Source: a virus
Direction: 5' to 3' (one strand)
Length of the DNA: 61,204 bases
IMG/VR virus record: IMGVR_UViG_3300045988_122465
The position numbers and the translations under genes were made by a program. Shown piece after piece: positions 7,944 through 18,200 of the stretch. The notes beneath the pieces are model-generated. The model saw only the letters and a list, made by a program, of their open reading frames with translations, was not told where the DNA came from and did not search any database. Position 1 is the first letter of the stretch; each line of letters begins with the position of its first letter.

Positions 7944-7978
7944 ATACCGGAAACGGTCTGTGAAGATAGTGCCGGTAT
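7944..7978. terminator. Hairpin at the end of the late operon carrying the GTCTGTGAAGATAGTGC motif in its loop
   Basis: ataccgg...ccggtat stem; loop motif identical (17 nt, reverse complement) to 55306-55322. Confidence 0.4.
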
Positions 7979-8448
7979 TACCATATAAATAAGTTATAAC
8001 TAACCCCAGCTCCTACGTACCAACCACCCGGATAACTATATCCTGCTTGTAAACCTAATCCCCAGCGTTTCTTCTTCTGTAAAGGTGGAAAAGTAATAAT
8101 TTTATTGTCTCTGTATATTTCCATAGAATCAAGACTGGGATTATACCCACTGACTACCGCCCGGTAATCATCGGTCTTATATTCCTTGCTTGTAATCGGT
8201 ATAAGTACCGGAATTGAATCGCCTTCTATGGTTCTATCAGTGGTAGTATCTATCAGGATCGGTAGATATACCGTATCGGTACGTTTTAGAGTTTCCCTTA
8301 CCGGTTTGGGCATTGTGTCTCTTATTGTGTCCCGGATACGTACAGTATCTCCTTTAATGTAGACCGTTGACGGATCGTGCGGATTACACTGCATCCACAC
8401 GATCACGCCAAGCAACAGGCAGACTAGTATCCAAGGGAGGGACTTCAT
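7978..8448 (-). CDS. Membrane / outer-membrane-like protein (N-terminal TM; C-terminal GLGLQAGYSYPGGWYVGAGVSYNLFIW)
   Basis: ORF track; hydrophobic N-terminus and beta-barrel-like aromatic C-terminus. Confidence 0.55.
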   Translation of the reverse strand: MKSLPWILVCLLLGVIVWMQCNPHDPSTVYIKGDTVRIRDTIRDTMPKPVRETLKRTDTVYLPILIDTTTDRTIEGDSIPVLIPITSKEYKTDDYRAVVSGYNPSLDSMEIYRDNKIITFPPLQKKKRWGLGLQAGYSYPGGWYVGAGVSYNLFIW

Positions 8449-8729
8449 AGGATACTATCACTTGAAGACCACTCCGAACTTGCCAGCAAAGCATTCAATT
8501 CTTCGCCTTCGTAGACCGGATAGGGATAAGACACAATCGGTGTCTCTCCGTCCTCTGAAAGAGTCATAATCATTTTACTTGCAAATATTTCAGCATAATG
8601 TTCGGCTTTCATCAAAGCCTTTTTACCATTCAAGCTTATACGAGGCACTAAATTTCTTTTATCCAGCTCCTCTTGTGGAACTTCCTCCAAATCGGAATAT
8701 GGAAAAACGATGTACTGTAACGTTGACAT
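8445..8729 (-). CDS. Hypothetical 94-aa protein
   Basis: ORF track; 4-nt overlap with the downstream gene. Confidence 0.55.
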   Translation of the reverse strand: MSTLQYIVFPYSDLEEVPQEELDKRNLVPRISLNGKKALMKAEHYAEIFASKMIMTLSEDGETPIVSYPYPVYEGEELNALLASSEWSSSDSIL

Positions 8730-8809
8730 AAGTTATTTTATAAATGTTATTTTGTTAATAATTTCGTTCAAATTCGCTGTGGGGAATGTAATGTATTTCA
8801 TAATTGCTA

Positions 8810-10210
8810 TTAAAACGTTTTATTTGCGATTAGGAAGGAAGCAATTTTTTTAGCTATTTCCTTGAATCCTTTTTTAGGGTGTGTACCATCACTATCATTA
8901 AAGTATTGGCTGAAATTATACTTATTCCACCCCAACGTATTATACATATCACAGCATGGGATATGGTTAAGTCTTACTTCATTTTCAATAGCTTCACTAA
9001 AATCTTTAAGTGTCCCATTTTTCAATGAGCCAGAGGTGTTAGGCTCATTGCTTCCTGATTGTGGAAGATATGGTTGTTCAGTGCTACCCATCCTATCACT
9101 CCAATACCTATCATCCCATTCGGAAATAGAGTAAGACGAATATCGAACAATAGGGGTGAACCAATAGATTTTCACATGAGGGTATGTCGATGATAACAAT
9201 CTTATAATTTCATTGACAGCTCCTAAAGTCTTACCAATATCCGTACTTCCACTCTCACCTAAAGTCGCAGAATATGAAGGCCAGTCATTTGTTCCTGCAA
9301 AAACTGTGACTGCATCAACAGAATCCCAATCTACGGACTTCAATATTTGAACTATTGCAGTATTATCGTCGGACGTATTGTTTTTTAAATATTCTGCTGC
9401 ATTTTCCTGAATTGTAAAATCTCCCGAACAAGCAGCCTTAACCAGATTTATGATATCTAATGCAGCATAAGCCTGAGTTAAACTGGTAGGAATTTCTACA
9501 GGATTAGTCCTTTGCCGAATCTGTGTGCCACCAATTCCTACATTGTACACTTTACATTGATATATATCCTGCATATAATCACTATACCTTAAATTATATG
9601 CATCCGCTATCTCCGTAATACTATCCCCAAAACACAATATCGTCTTACCGATAAGATTATCATCTCTATTTTCTATCGTTGAAATCCGGGTTTCTAAAGA
9701 AGATATTTTATCTTTCTGTGACAACTTCGATGTTACTTTTTGCCTATTCAAAGAAGAGGTGTCTATTTCCGTATTAGGTTGCAAATATTGATTTATTATA
9801 GAGTCCCAATTAACTATGACATGAAGGACGTATTTACCCGAAACGCCACTTGCTGAAGAAGCGGATATTTTTAGTTCTTCCATTCCTGATTTGGGACCAT
9901 CATTATAATATTTAGAAAAATACGTTTTACCGGAAGCATCATCAAAGCGTACTATTGTTTTATAATCCCCGGAAGAGTTGCCTAGATAAGTACAATATAG
10001 TTTGTCTGGCAGAGAAATACTTTCATCCAGAACTTCCAACCACAAAGAAGTTACAGCTAATAGAAATATTTTATCATTATCATTTTTCTCAATCACACCT
10101 GATGTAGGATTGCTATAATAATATAAATTTTCGTTATTTCGGTCAATAGTTTTCGCAATGACTCCCCACTTTTGTTCGGAGTCTTTTGCTATATCAAATA
10201 TCTTTTCCAT
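8810..10210 (-). CDS. Tail-associated SGNH/GDSL hydrolase (candidate polysaccharide esterase)
   Basis: ILCFGDSITE (block I), FAGTNDW (block III), DGTHP (block V) in the C-terminal half. Confidence 0.7.
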   Translation of the reverse strand: MEKIFDIAKDSEQKWGVIAKTIDRNNENLYYYSNPTSGVIEKNDNDKIFLLAVTSLWLEVLDESISLPDKLYCTYLGNSSGDYKTIVRFDDASGKTYFSKYYNDGPKSGMEELKISASSASGVSGKYVLHVIVNWDSIINQYLQPNTEIDTSSLNRQKVTSKLSQKDKISSLETRISTIENRDDNLIGKTILCFGDSITEIADAYNLRYSDYMQDIYQCKVYNVGIGGTQIRQRTNPVEIPTSLTQAYAALDIINLVKAACSGDFTIQENAAEYLKNNTSDDNTAIVQILKSVDWDSVDAVTVFAGTNDWPSYSATLGESGSTDIGKTLGAVNEIIRLLSSTYPHVKIYWFTPIVRYSSYSISEWDDRYWSDRMGSTEQPYLPQSGSNEPNTSGSLKNGTLKDFSEAIENEVRLNHIPCCDMYNTLGWNKYNFSQYFNDSDGTHPKKGFKEIAKKIASFLIANKTF

Positions 10211-10214
10211 AATA

Positions 10215-12221
10215 TCATTCGTTTTTAATTAATGTTTCATTTGAAATTAAAGTTGAGTTGCTTAACATTGTCAAGTAACTGGAGATAATCATGTTTATCT
10301 TTTGAGGAGATTTGTCAGATAAAGTACCATTAAAAGTAAACCTGTTACCATTAACACTAGGAGTCCCCAAAGACATCCCATTTATTGTCAAAGATGTAAC
10401 TTTGTCTGCTGCACCCTTCATTGTTACAGCAATTCTCAATTTAGAATTAATCGGATAGTAGTTCCCTACAATAGCAGGAAGGGTATCTATATAACAATCT
10501 ACTACTTGATATTCGGAATTACTCTTCACTATCGGTCTGAACTCCACCATATCCGGATACAGCGTACCCAGCTTGTGCTTCTTCAACTGACGCTCGATCA
10601 AGAACTCGGACATACTATAAGGGAAGGACATGAGAGAGTAGATAGCTCCGTTGAAGAAACGAGAATCATTATCTCGAATCGTGCCTAACCACATATCAGT
10701 TCCATCTTCTGCTGCACCTGCTGTTATAGATTGCCCGCAATAAGAGTATTTAGATAAATAAGATATACTTCTAGTAGAAATAAAATTTAGACCAGAAGTA
10801 GCTTGACCAAAACTATAAACGCTATTTCCGGCAGTTTCCACAAATGCCCCCGGATTATTCTTTGACGATATAGCTCCAATATTAGCAAATATTTCTCTAT
10901 CGGTTACTACCGTATAATCCTTGTAAACAGGCATCCCTGTCACCTTACCGAAGTCATTGATACCGTCAAGGCATAGACCACCTGCGTGGGAAGGAATTTG
11001 GGTGATGGTAACACTATTACCCATACCCGGATTACCAAAACCACAAAATCGACCAGATCCACTATACAAAGTGTTATGTGAAGCTGGTAATATATTCACC
11101 CCATCTACAATTTTAACTGATTTAGGCGACCCAGTTTCATCAATATAGCTATAATCAATATCAGCTCCTGTTTTAATAACCTTAAACGAAGGAATGTCTG
11201 GATATTCTTTACTCCCTACGCTATAATACAGTAGCATAATATGACTTATAGCATTTTTACAATCTATCTTACTACTCGTTATAGTTGAATTACTACTGTT
11301 CCATATACTAGAATCGAGAAAATCAACCTCATACTTCCCAATACCTGAATCCCCCTTCCAAGCAATATTGTTCAACTGAATATCCCTACCGTTGCCGGAA
11401 AAGTCAATCAGCTTGTCGCCAAACTCTGCGTGGTTCTCATTGGTGATTCCCTGCTTGATGGTATTACACAGTATATTAGGCTTAAGAGTTCTATCCAAGT
11501 TGAAGTAGGCGATTACCTGGTTGATTTGGTCAGTAGTCAGCACCTTGTTGGCGATGATTGTCCAGTACCAAGCAAGTTGAGATAGTTGCGCAGATGAATG
11601 AGTTCCGTTTACACTAAATACAGAATCAATATTAGCTGGATTAGCCTTATCAACAGAATAATCTTTTTTATCTCCTAATATATCGTTTACAATAGCTATA
11701 TTAGATAAATTTCCCTTATATCCATATATACCTATTTTACCTATTGCGCTAATAGTATTTGTTAAGAAATCATTTCCTTGAATGAAATAGTTGTTTCTTG
11801 CATAATTTCGAGAAGATATAAACCCTATCTGATGAATCATACTCACCACCGTAATCTCGCTACTTCCTCCCAGCATCTCCTGTACGGTCTTGGTGGAAGT
11901 AATAAGGTCGTCGATTCCGTCGGTGACGAAGGCACCATAGTAAGGACTATCTTTATCTGCGTAGCCACTTCCTTCAGTGTAAGCTGCATTGCTAATCACA
12001 AACGGATTGTCAGGGTCCACCAAGTTCTTGATAATAGCCCTGTCCGGATCGTCGTTGCTTTTACCGTAGCAGATGCAGACGGCTTTCAGGGAGGCTAAGA
12101 CTTCTGGGTCGATGTAAGAACGGTCGGAACCGGAAGAAGAGCCACGGGAGGGCGAACCGATTCGGTTTAATCCGATCCGGTTAAGCCCCACTACATTTAA
12201 AGACAACCTGTTAAGCTTCAT
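10215..12221 (-). CDS. Tail fibre / receptor-binding protein with a LamG/concanavalin-like region
   Basis: 668 aa; ...DSRFFNGAIYSLMSFPYSM... jelly-roll-like motif; N-terminal GLNRIGLNRIG repeat. Confidence 0.55.
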   Translation of the reverse strand: MKLNRLSLNVVGLNRIGLNRIGSPSRGSSSGSDRSYIDPEVLASLKAVCICYGKSNDDPDRAIIKNLVDPDNPFVISNAAYTEGSGYADKDSPYYGAFVTDGIDDLITSTKTVQEMLGGSSEITVVSMIHQIGFISSRNYARNNYFIQGNDFLTNTISAIGKIGIYGYKGNLSNIAIVNDILGDKKDYSVDKANPANIDSVFSVNGTHSSAQLSQLAWYWTIIANKVLTTDQINQVIAYFNLDRTLKPNILCNTIKQGITNENHAEFGDKLIDFSGNGRDIQLNNIAWKGDSGIGKYEVDFLDSSIWNSSNSTITSSKIDCKNAISHIMLLYYSVGSKEYPDIPSFKVIKTGADIDYSYIDETGSPKSVKIVDGVNILPASHNTLYSGSGRFCGFGNPGMGNSVTITQIPSHAGGLCLDGINDFGKVTGMPVYKDYTVVTDREIFANIGAISSKNNPGAFVETAGNSVYSFGQATSGLNFISTRSISYLSKYSYCGQSITAGAAEDGTDMWLGTIRDNDSRFFNGAIYSLMSFPYSMSEFLIERQLKKHKLGTLYPDMVEFRPIVKSNSEYQVVDCYIDTLPAIVGNYYPINSKLRIAVTMKGAADKVTSLTINGMSLGTPSVNGNRFTFNGTLSDKSPQKINMIISSYLTMLSNSTLISNETLIKNE

Positions 12222-12510
12222 TGCCGGATTCGGTTACTGTTCCACTTAATACTTCGCTATAACTTTCGATGCGGATTGTCTTGGGGTAGACCAATGCGGA
12301 AAAATCACAGTCTATGGTTACCCCTGCATTGTACGCAAGACTTCCGGGCAAAACTACGGGTTCAAAATTCCCCTCACTTGTCGTCCGTTGAAGAATATTC
12401 ACCCGACCGTAGTTGTTGCGTTCCAAATGAATATTGAAATCAGAATTTACCTGAAATTCCGCATACCATACGCTACTGTTCTTTTTGAACTCCAAATTTA
12501 TTGTTGCCAT
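12211..12510 (-). CDS. Hypothetical 99-aa protein
   Basis: ORF track; overlaps the fibre gene start. Confidence 0.55.
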   Translation of the reverse strand: MATINLEFKKNSSVWYAEFQVNSDFNIHLERNNYGRVNILQRTTSEGNFEPVVLPGSLAYNAGVTIDCDFSALVYPKTIRIESYSEVLSGTVTESGNEA

Positions 12511-12535
12511 GATTGTTCCTCCTATTGATTAAAGT

Positions 12536-12937
12536 TTATAATAAATCCCATCCGGCTTCTATGTCAGCCATAACAGCCGGAATTCCATTCTCAACACGTG
12601 AGATGGCGGCAGCAAAAGCGCACATAGTCGCCTTATCGTTGATGTCCGGAACGTATGTGTTCGGGACTTGCATTTCGCTACATACACGGCTGATATATCC
12701 GGCTGTATTGTTTTCGTTCTCCGGTGCCCACCGGTGGACAAAATCTGCCACCGTCTGACAGCCGTGTCTTTTACGGTAGTTTTGCAAGGTTCGGATAAGG
12801 GCACGGTAACCCCATTTCATTTCCGTAAACTGGAAGAACGATTTGTCCTCCTGCTTTTCTCTCAATCCCTGCCATTTATCTTTTGTGATCCGGATGTTAC
12901 CCGGATTATTGTTTCTCAAACCTCTTGGTAAACTCAT
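12536..12937 (-). CDS. Candidate endolysin / peptidoglycan hydrolase (P5-like)
   Basis: GLRNNNPGNIR...WQG motif; directly downstream of three small membrane-protein genes. Confidence 0.5.
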   Translation of the reverse strand: MSLPRGLRNNNPGNIRITKDKWQGLREKQEDKSFFQFTEMKWGYRALIRTLQNYRKRHGCQTVADFVHRWAPENENNTAGYISRVCSEMQVPNTYVPDINDKATMCAFAAAISRVENGIPAVMADIEAGWDLL

Positions 12938-12949
12938 GTTTATTTCCTC

Positions 12950-13222
12950 CTATAATATCAATGTTAATATTCCCAACGCCAGACCCACGCAATCACAGAT
13001 GATGTCTTTAATTGAGAACTCTGTTTTCTTGAAATACTTGTCGTACACTTCCTTCAGGACGAAGATCACGACGGTTATAATGATTGCTGACCACAGTGGC
13101 GTATATTTTGATAGCCACATAACTAAGTTCTGGCATACTATAATATGTGCCATGCCGTCTATTCCGATCTTGGATAGAAGCTTGCTGGCTAATGCGCTGA
13201 TTTTATTTATGTGATTCATCAC
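12950..13222 (-). CDS. Holin-like small membrane protein
   Basis: 90 aa, 2-3 hydrophobic segments. Confidence 0.5.
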   Translation of the reverse strand: MMNHINKISALASKLLSKIGIDGMAHIIVCQNLVMWLSKYTPLWSAIIITVVIFVLKEVYDKYFKKTEFSIKDIICDCVGLALGILTLIL

Positions 13223-13463
13223 CCTTTACTTCTTTATTGTTGTTAAGCCTATCAACCAAACTATTAAACTTCCCATTAACATAAATCCCAATCCCAAATA
13301 TACTGCCAGCATATATCAGACATTGAGCAAAAAACCACAATACACTGTCATGAATCTGACCTAACGGCTCTACAACAAAACCTGCAACGGATAATCCGAC
13401 TCCAGCAAACAACATTCCCACTGCGGTCCATACTTGTATATCTTCTTTTGTATTCTTTTTCAT
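13203..13463 (-). CDS. Holin-like small membrane protein
   Basis: 86 aa, two TM segments (WTAVGMLFAGVGLSVAGFVV, WFFAQCLIYAGSIFGIGIYV). Confidence 0.5.
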   Translation of the reverse strand: MKKNTKEDIQVWTAVGMLFAGVGLSVAGFVVEPLGQIHDSVLWFFAQCLIYAGSIFGIGIYVNGKFNSLVDRLNNNKEVKGDESHK

Positions 13464-13960
13464 ACTAAACAGGTTAGATAAACGGTCAACAATGAAATTA
13501 CCTCAATCCAGAACATCGGCTTTCTCTTTATGAAGTCGGAGATGAAGTTACCGGTCCAGTGCTCACTCATGGAGATAGCCATGTACGCAATGAATCCAGC
13601 CCATAACAATAACCAATACCAAGAATTGCAACCTACCCATATCTGGGAGAAGATTAAAGACATAGCAGCACCGATACAATGGGCGGTTTTCTGGCTTCCT
13701 TTGAAATTGGGAGACACACCTAATACAATCATCCCGATAACCGAAAGGAATACAAGAAACGGGCTGTTTTCCGTACTTGCTTCAGATGCTGCCGGAAGAA
13801 GCAATGCACCGGAGCCGATCATGCACAAACCGAACCAGAACTTATGCGTCAGGGCATAGTAGGTATCACTGATAGAGTAAGGAATTTCCTCCATCTTTTT
13901 AATCATCGCAAAAACATATCCGGCAATGAGAATGAATGACATTAATACTAGTAGAATCAT
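13460..13960 (-). CDS. Multi-pass membrane protein
   Basis: 166 aa, about 5 hydrophobic segments. Confidence 0.5.
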   Translation of the reverse strand: MILLVLMSFILIAGYVFAMIKKMEEIPYSISDTYYALTHKFWFGLCMIGSGALLLPAASEASTENSPFLVFLSVIGMIVLGVSPNFKGSQKTAHCIGAAMSLIFSQIWVGCNSWYWLLLWAGFIAYMAISMSEHWTGNFISDFIKRKPMFWIEVISLLTVYLTCLV

Positions 13961-13986
13961 AGCTTTATTTGTTATAGTTCATAAAT

Positions 13987-14532
13987 TTAAGAATAGAAGT
14001 AAGCGATGAAATCAGGCATCAGTGGATACATGCTTTCAATGGGAATACTAATATCCGTATATCGGTCAGTGATAGTAAGCCAGTTATTTCGATAGGTATC
14101 CCGGATACTTTTTTGCATTTCTGTTTCTTGAACATCCCCACGCAATACCGCTTTGTCGTACAAATCTACCGCCTCTAATTGACGTTTCCGATCAAACCGG
14201 GCTTTAGACAGCTCCGATTCCAAAGTTATTACACCATCGGCTACAAGCTGCTCACGTGTTTTCTTTACGATAGCGCCATCCGAAACAGTCTCATTTGCGG
14301 GAAGGGATATTATACCCCTTTCATACAATTCTATTCGTGTGGCTTCACGTACATACTCCTTATCTCCGTCCTGTACGTAGGTGATATAATGCGGAAGATC
14401 TTCTCCGACAAACTCTATTGCCTTACCCCCAAAATATGCCGGATAATCCTTTACCGGATGATCTTTGACTGCAAAAACAAGAGCTGTACCTTTCTTTGCG
14501 TTTTCCCTGTCTAAATAAATATACTTTTCCAT
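13987..14532 (-). CDS. Hypothetical protein (possible tail-fibre accessory)
   Basis: ORF track; position after the collar-domain gene. Confidence 0.45.
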   Translation of the reverse strand: MEKYIYLDRENAKKGTALVFAVKDHPVKDYPAYFGGKAIEFVGEDLPHYITYVQDGDKEYVREATRIELYERGIISLPANETVSDGAIVKKTREQLVADGVITLESELSKARFDRKRQLEAVDLYDKAVLRGDVQETEMQKSIRDTYRNNWLTITDRYTDISIPIESMYPLMPDFIAYFYS

Positions 14533-14550
14533 ATTTTGTATGTTTAAATG

Positions 14551-15207
14551 TTATGATTTTCTTTCCCATATATGGACCTTGATATATGGCGGAAGGATGC
14601 TGAATTCTTTTCCTCCTCCAGTTTCAGCAAGGTTTCCGCTTAGTCCGTGAGAGTGGGTTCCGTTTTCAGACGTGGTTGGATTTGTATAGCTGGTATAAGG
14701 AGCAGCACTACCTGTACTTTCACCTCCTGCTGCACCTGATTGTCCCCATCCGTTTCCGGATGCTGCCGATTCCATACCGTAGTTACCGCCATTCGGAGCA
14801 AACAGGTAGTTTGGATTGCCGCTGTCGTTTCTATCCGACATCTTAACACTATGCGAGTGTGACGGCTGTGTATGGCTATGGCTGTCTACCTGATGACGGT
14901 GATTGCCCGCTGTATGGGTATGGGAACCGGACTCATCAGTTTTCGCAGTAAGTGCGTGAGTATGGGCAGGCATATTCTCAACGCTTAGCACAACCGAAGG
15001 GCTGCCACCGGTTGCACCACTTTCCTCCTGCCCGGAGGTACCGTAAAGGAAACGACCCTCCAACTTCTCCCAAGTTGTGCCCGGATAACGGACGGCAGGG
15101 TTGTCAGTCAACTTAGTTATAAATATTCCTCCTATGGGAACAGGGCAAATCAATATTTTATTAGCGTGATCGCCCGTTACTGTAAATGTATATTTTTCTT
15201 CTGCCAT
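14551..15207 (-). CDS. Phage tail collar domain protein with HxH repeats
   Basis: PVPIGGIF...GTTWEKLEGRFL collar-like N-terminus; AHTHA, SHTHT, NHRHQ, SHSHT, SHSHS, THSHG; ends ILPPYIKVHIW. Confidence 0.7.
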   Translation of the reverse strand: MAEEKYTFTVTGDHANKILICPVPIGGIFITKLTDNPAVRYPGTTWEKLEGRFLYGTSGQEESGATGGSPSVVLSVENMPAHTHALTAKTDESGSHTHTAGNHRHQVDSHSHTQPSHSHSVKMSDRNDSGNPNYLFAPNGGNYGMESAASGNGWGQSGAAGGESTGSAAPYTSYTNPTTSENGTHSHGLSGNLAETGGGKEFSILPPYIKVHIWERKS

Positions 15208-15221
15208 AGTTCGTTTTTTTA

Positions 15222-18200
15222 TTATGATGGATTAAAATCTTCATTTGCAAAGTCTTTGTAATTTTGTATATACCAGAAACTGAAATCTCCAAATGAAATA
15301 CATCTCAAAACAATTTCTTTATCCGAAACACGTACTTTTGATATTTGCATTGGAGATCCCGTTATCGGTATATATCCAGGGTAAAAGAATATACCGTTTT
15401 CTTTTATTGTTAAATCAAAGGAGCTTCTGGAAGACCTTGTTGTCATAAACCCTGAATAAATTCTAATTTCTGAACCATTATATTCCGGGCTGGGAATGGG
15501 AAGCTCTATGATTTGATCGCTATATATATTTCCATAACGTGCTACAAAGTATCTCCCCTTCGATAAATCCATAGGTGTCGGAGTTGAATCCGTGTTTATT
15601 TGAAATATCTTATAGGGCAAAGATAAAGACGCCAGCAGGTTAAGATTCCCAAGTTCATCCCAGAAAAGGTTCTTTGATGCAAGGAATCCGCTGCCGTCTT
15701 TCTTGAGTGCCCATTTTTCACCGTTTGATAATAGTTCGTCTGCATTTATATTATCAGCTTTAAGTCGTGGCTTTCCATCTTCTCCTATTTCAAAGACGGC
15801 TATTTGATTCCCATCCCGGTCTTTTATCGTGAAATTATCGGTAGATACATCTATTTCGGCACCGTGTATTTTCAAACCGGTTACAGGGTCAAACTGAATA
15901 AATGAGCCTTTATCCCGTGTGCCTGTATAGCTGCGTCCATATGTATTCGAATAGAACTGCTGCGTCTCCTGGTCGAATCCTTCTTCTTTCACCGCCTTTC
16001 CATCCAAAGAGTAAGAGTCTATTCCCTGCAACATCTGTATGGTAGGAGCCGTAAGCCCATAAGCGGACAGAAGAATGGCATTCTGACGTGCCGGGTCTGT
16101 ACGGTTTCCCAATTGGATTATCTTATCACCCGCTTGCGGAATATCACTACCTTCAGCACAATCATCTACAGATAAATCAATATAATTTTCGCCTACAGCC
16201 AGAACATAACGCCAGTAATAACGGTTGGATGCATTTTCATAAACCCCTTCTTTAATGTTGAACTGCCTGCATTGCGCCATGTCTCCGGCTGCGAATTGGT
16301 TGATAATGGCTTTCTCACCGTCATCAGTCGTAAAATAACAGCGGTAGACACCTCCAGTTGCTATGGATGATAATAATGCTTTCCCATCAACATCATAAAG
16401 GCGAAAGCCGTTTGCATCATAAAGAAGCGCTTCTGAAATCTTTTCCACTTTCGTGCATTCGATACTAGCCAATGTCAGAAGAACCTCACCACCTACCGAT
16501 TGAAGCTCCTTGATTGTTAAAGACTCAAATATTGCTTTCAGTCTTACATACAGCTCATCAACCTCGATGTATGACCGTCCGGTCTTTGGATCGCGTTTGA
16601 TGAGGAATCCTGAACCAAGTGCACCGAGAATAAAGTTCTGGGATTCTATATTGTCGGTAATAACACCGCCTAACAGCTTGATAAGAAACTCCATTGTCTC
16701 CTCCTGCGCCTTGTTCAAGAAGGTGGCAAGTGATCTCTTTGCGGAGAATACGTTTCTGTCAGACGGGATTGTCTTGTCATTAACCCCAATAACATACACA
16801 CTCGTTCCACCACCTCCAACAGCAGAGCCGGAATAGGTTTGTCCCTTGTAAGTGAGGGAATCAAGCTTGCTCTCTATCTCACCGATACGGGAATATGAAG
16901 CCGTCTCACCGACTGTATAAATCGGGTGATCGTAAGGAATATCCAGCGGCCACTCGAAACCGATTATTCTTGATTGTCTGCCTTCCGGGAAAAATGCCTT
17001 ATTTATCAGGTTGACTTTAGCCCCGACTTCGTATGTACGAATATTACCCTTATTGTAGATGAAATCAGCATCCATCTCACAATCGTAGGTGGACGGGTCA
17101 ATCATGGATTTCTTTACGTACTCCTTTGCCTTTTTGAGTAAATCCTGCTCTGCGTCCGGCAACATCTGCTCGGAGATGTATGCGGTATCAAAGCCGTAAA
17201 GGATATATGTGTCTGCGGGGACTTCTTCACCGTCCTCCATGTGTGCGGTTTGCGGATAAAGAACATCATCCGGAAGAAAGCGACCGTAATCCTCATTGCG
17301 GACAATTTCGAAGGTTGTTCCGGTGTTATCGCTTTCTACAATATTGATAGCAAAGTCCATCCCGGCAAGCTTGCCAGTTTGGAATATCATGTGAAGTTCC
17401 TCACCATCCAGCCTAAAATCTTCTGTAAAGTTCTTCAGTCCCGTATCTTTGAAATTATAGATCCGATATTCCTTATCGTTATCGTCTACCTTGTCATCGT
17501 GGCTGACACTGGATATTGTGCCCTTGTATTGGGGATATTCATCCTCAAATATAACGATCTCTTCGATTGCTTCCTCTTCTGGCATTTCCACGTTATCCGG
17601 ATCATTATAGCGTTCATCTCCGATATTGATACGTTCACCGGTCGGGCTGTATTTATAAGCATCTACATAAGAAATACCCTCCGGGAGCATAAGACGTTTC
17701 TGAACAACTCCGTTAAGGGTCATTTCCTTGTCATCCTTACTGAAGTAGTTATCGGGGACTTTACCGCTTATGATGTTGTTAATGGTGTACCGATTACCTA
17801 AAGAGGCGGTTACACCTTCCGGTAACTGGATAATGTTTGCTGCGTCACCGGTTAAAAGGTCGGGATTGTAAACAGCAGCAAAAGTCTGTCCGGCATTTGC
17901 ACCGGAAAGGAATGTTACGGAAGTCGTTGCAGAAGAACCGCCATACACGTTAATATCGTATGTTACATACGCCTGGAAAGTCGATAACAGCTCGGAAGAA
18001 GCTGGAGCTGGTACGTGAACGTATACCCTTACTTTTAAATCAGAACTGTTTTTGTCGATAACCAACGTGTCGGAAACCTGTATTTTAGACACAATCTCAT
18101 ATTGTTGATTTTGGGCTAATGAAACGGTCTGATTTCCAATAATCACCTCTTTTGATTCCCCGGAAACATTATATATATATGACGCCTTCAATATATAATC

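Noticed and set aside
12513-12931. Alternative-frame ORFs (12513..12758+, 12559..12804-, 12668..12931+) overlapping the endolysin-like gene
   Set aside because: Only the 12536..12937 frame gives the conserved NNNPGNIR-type protein. The others are overlaps with no independent support.
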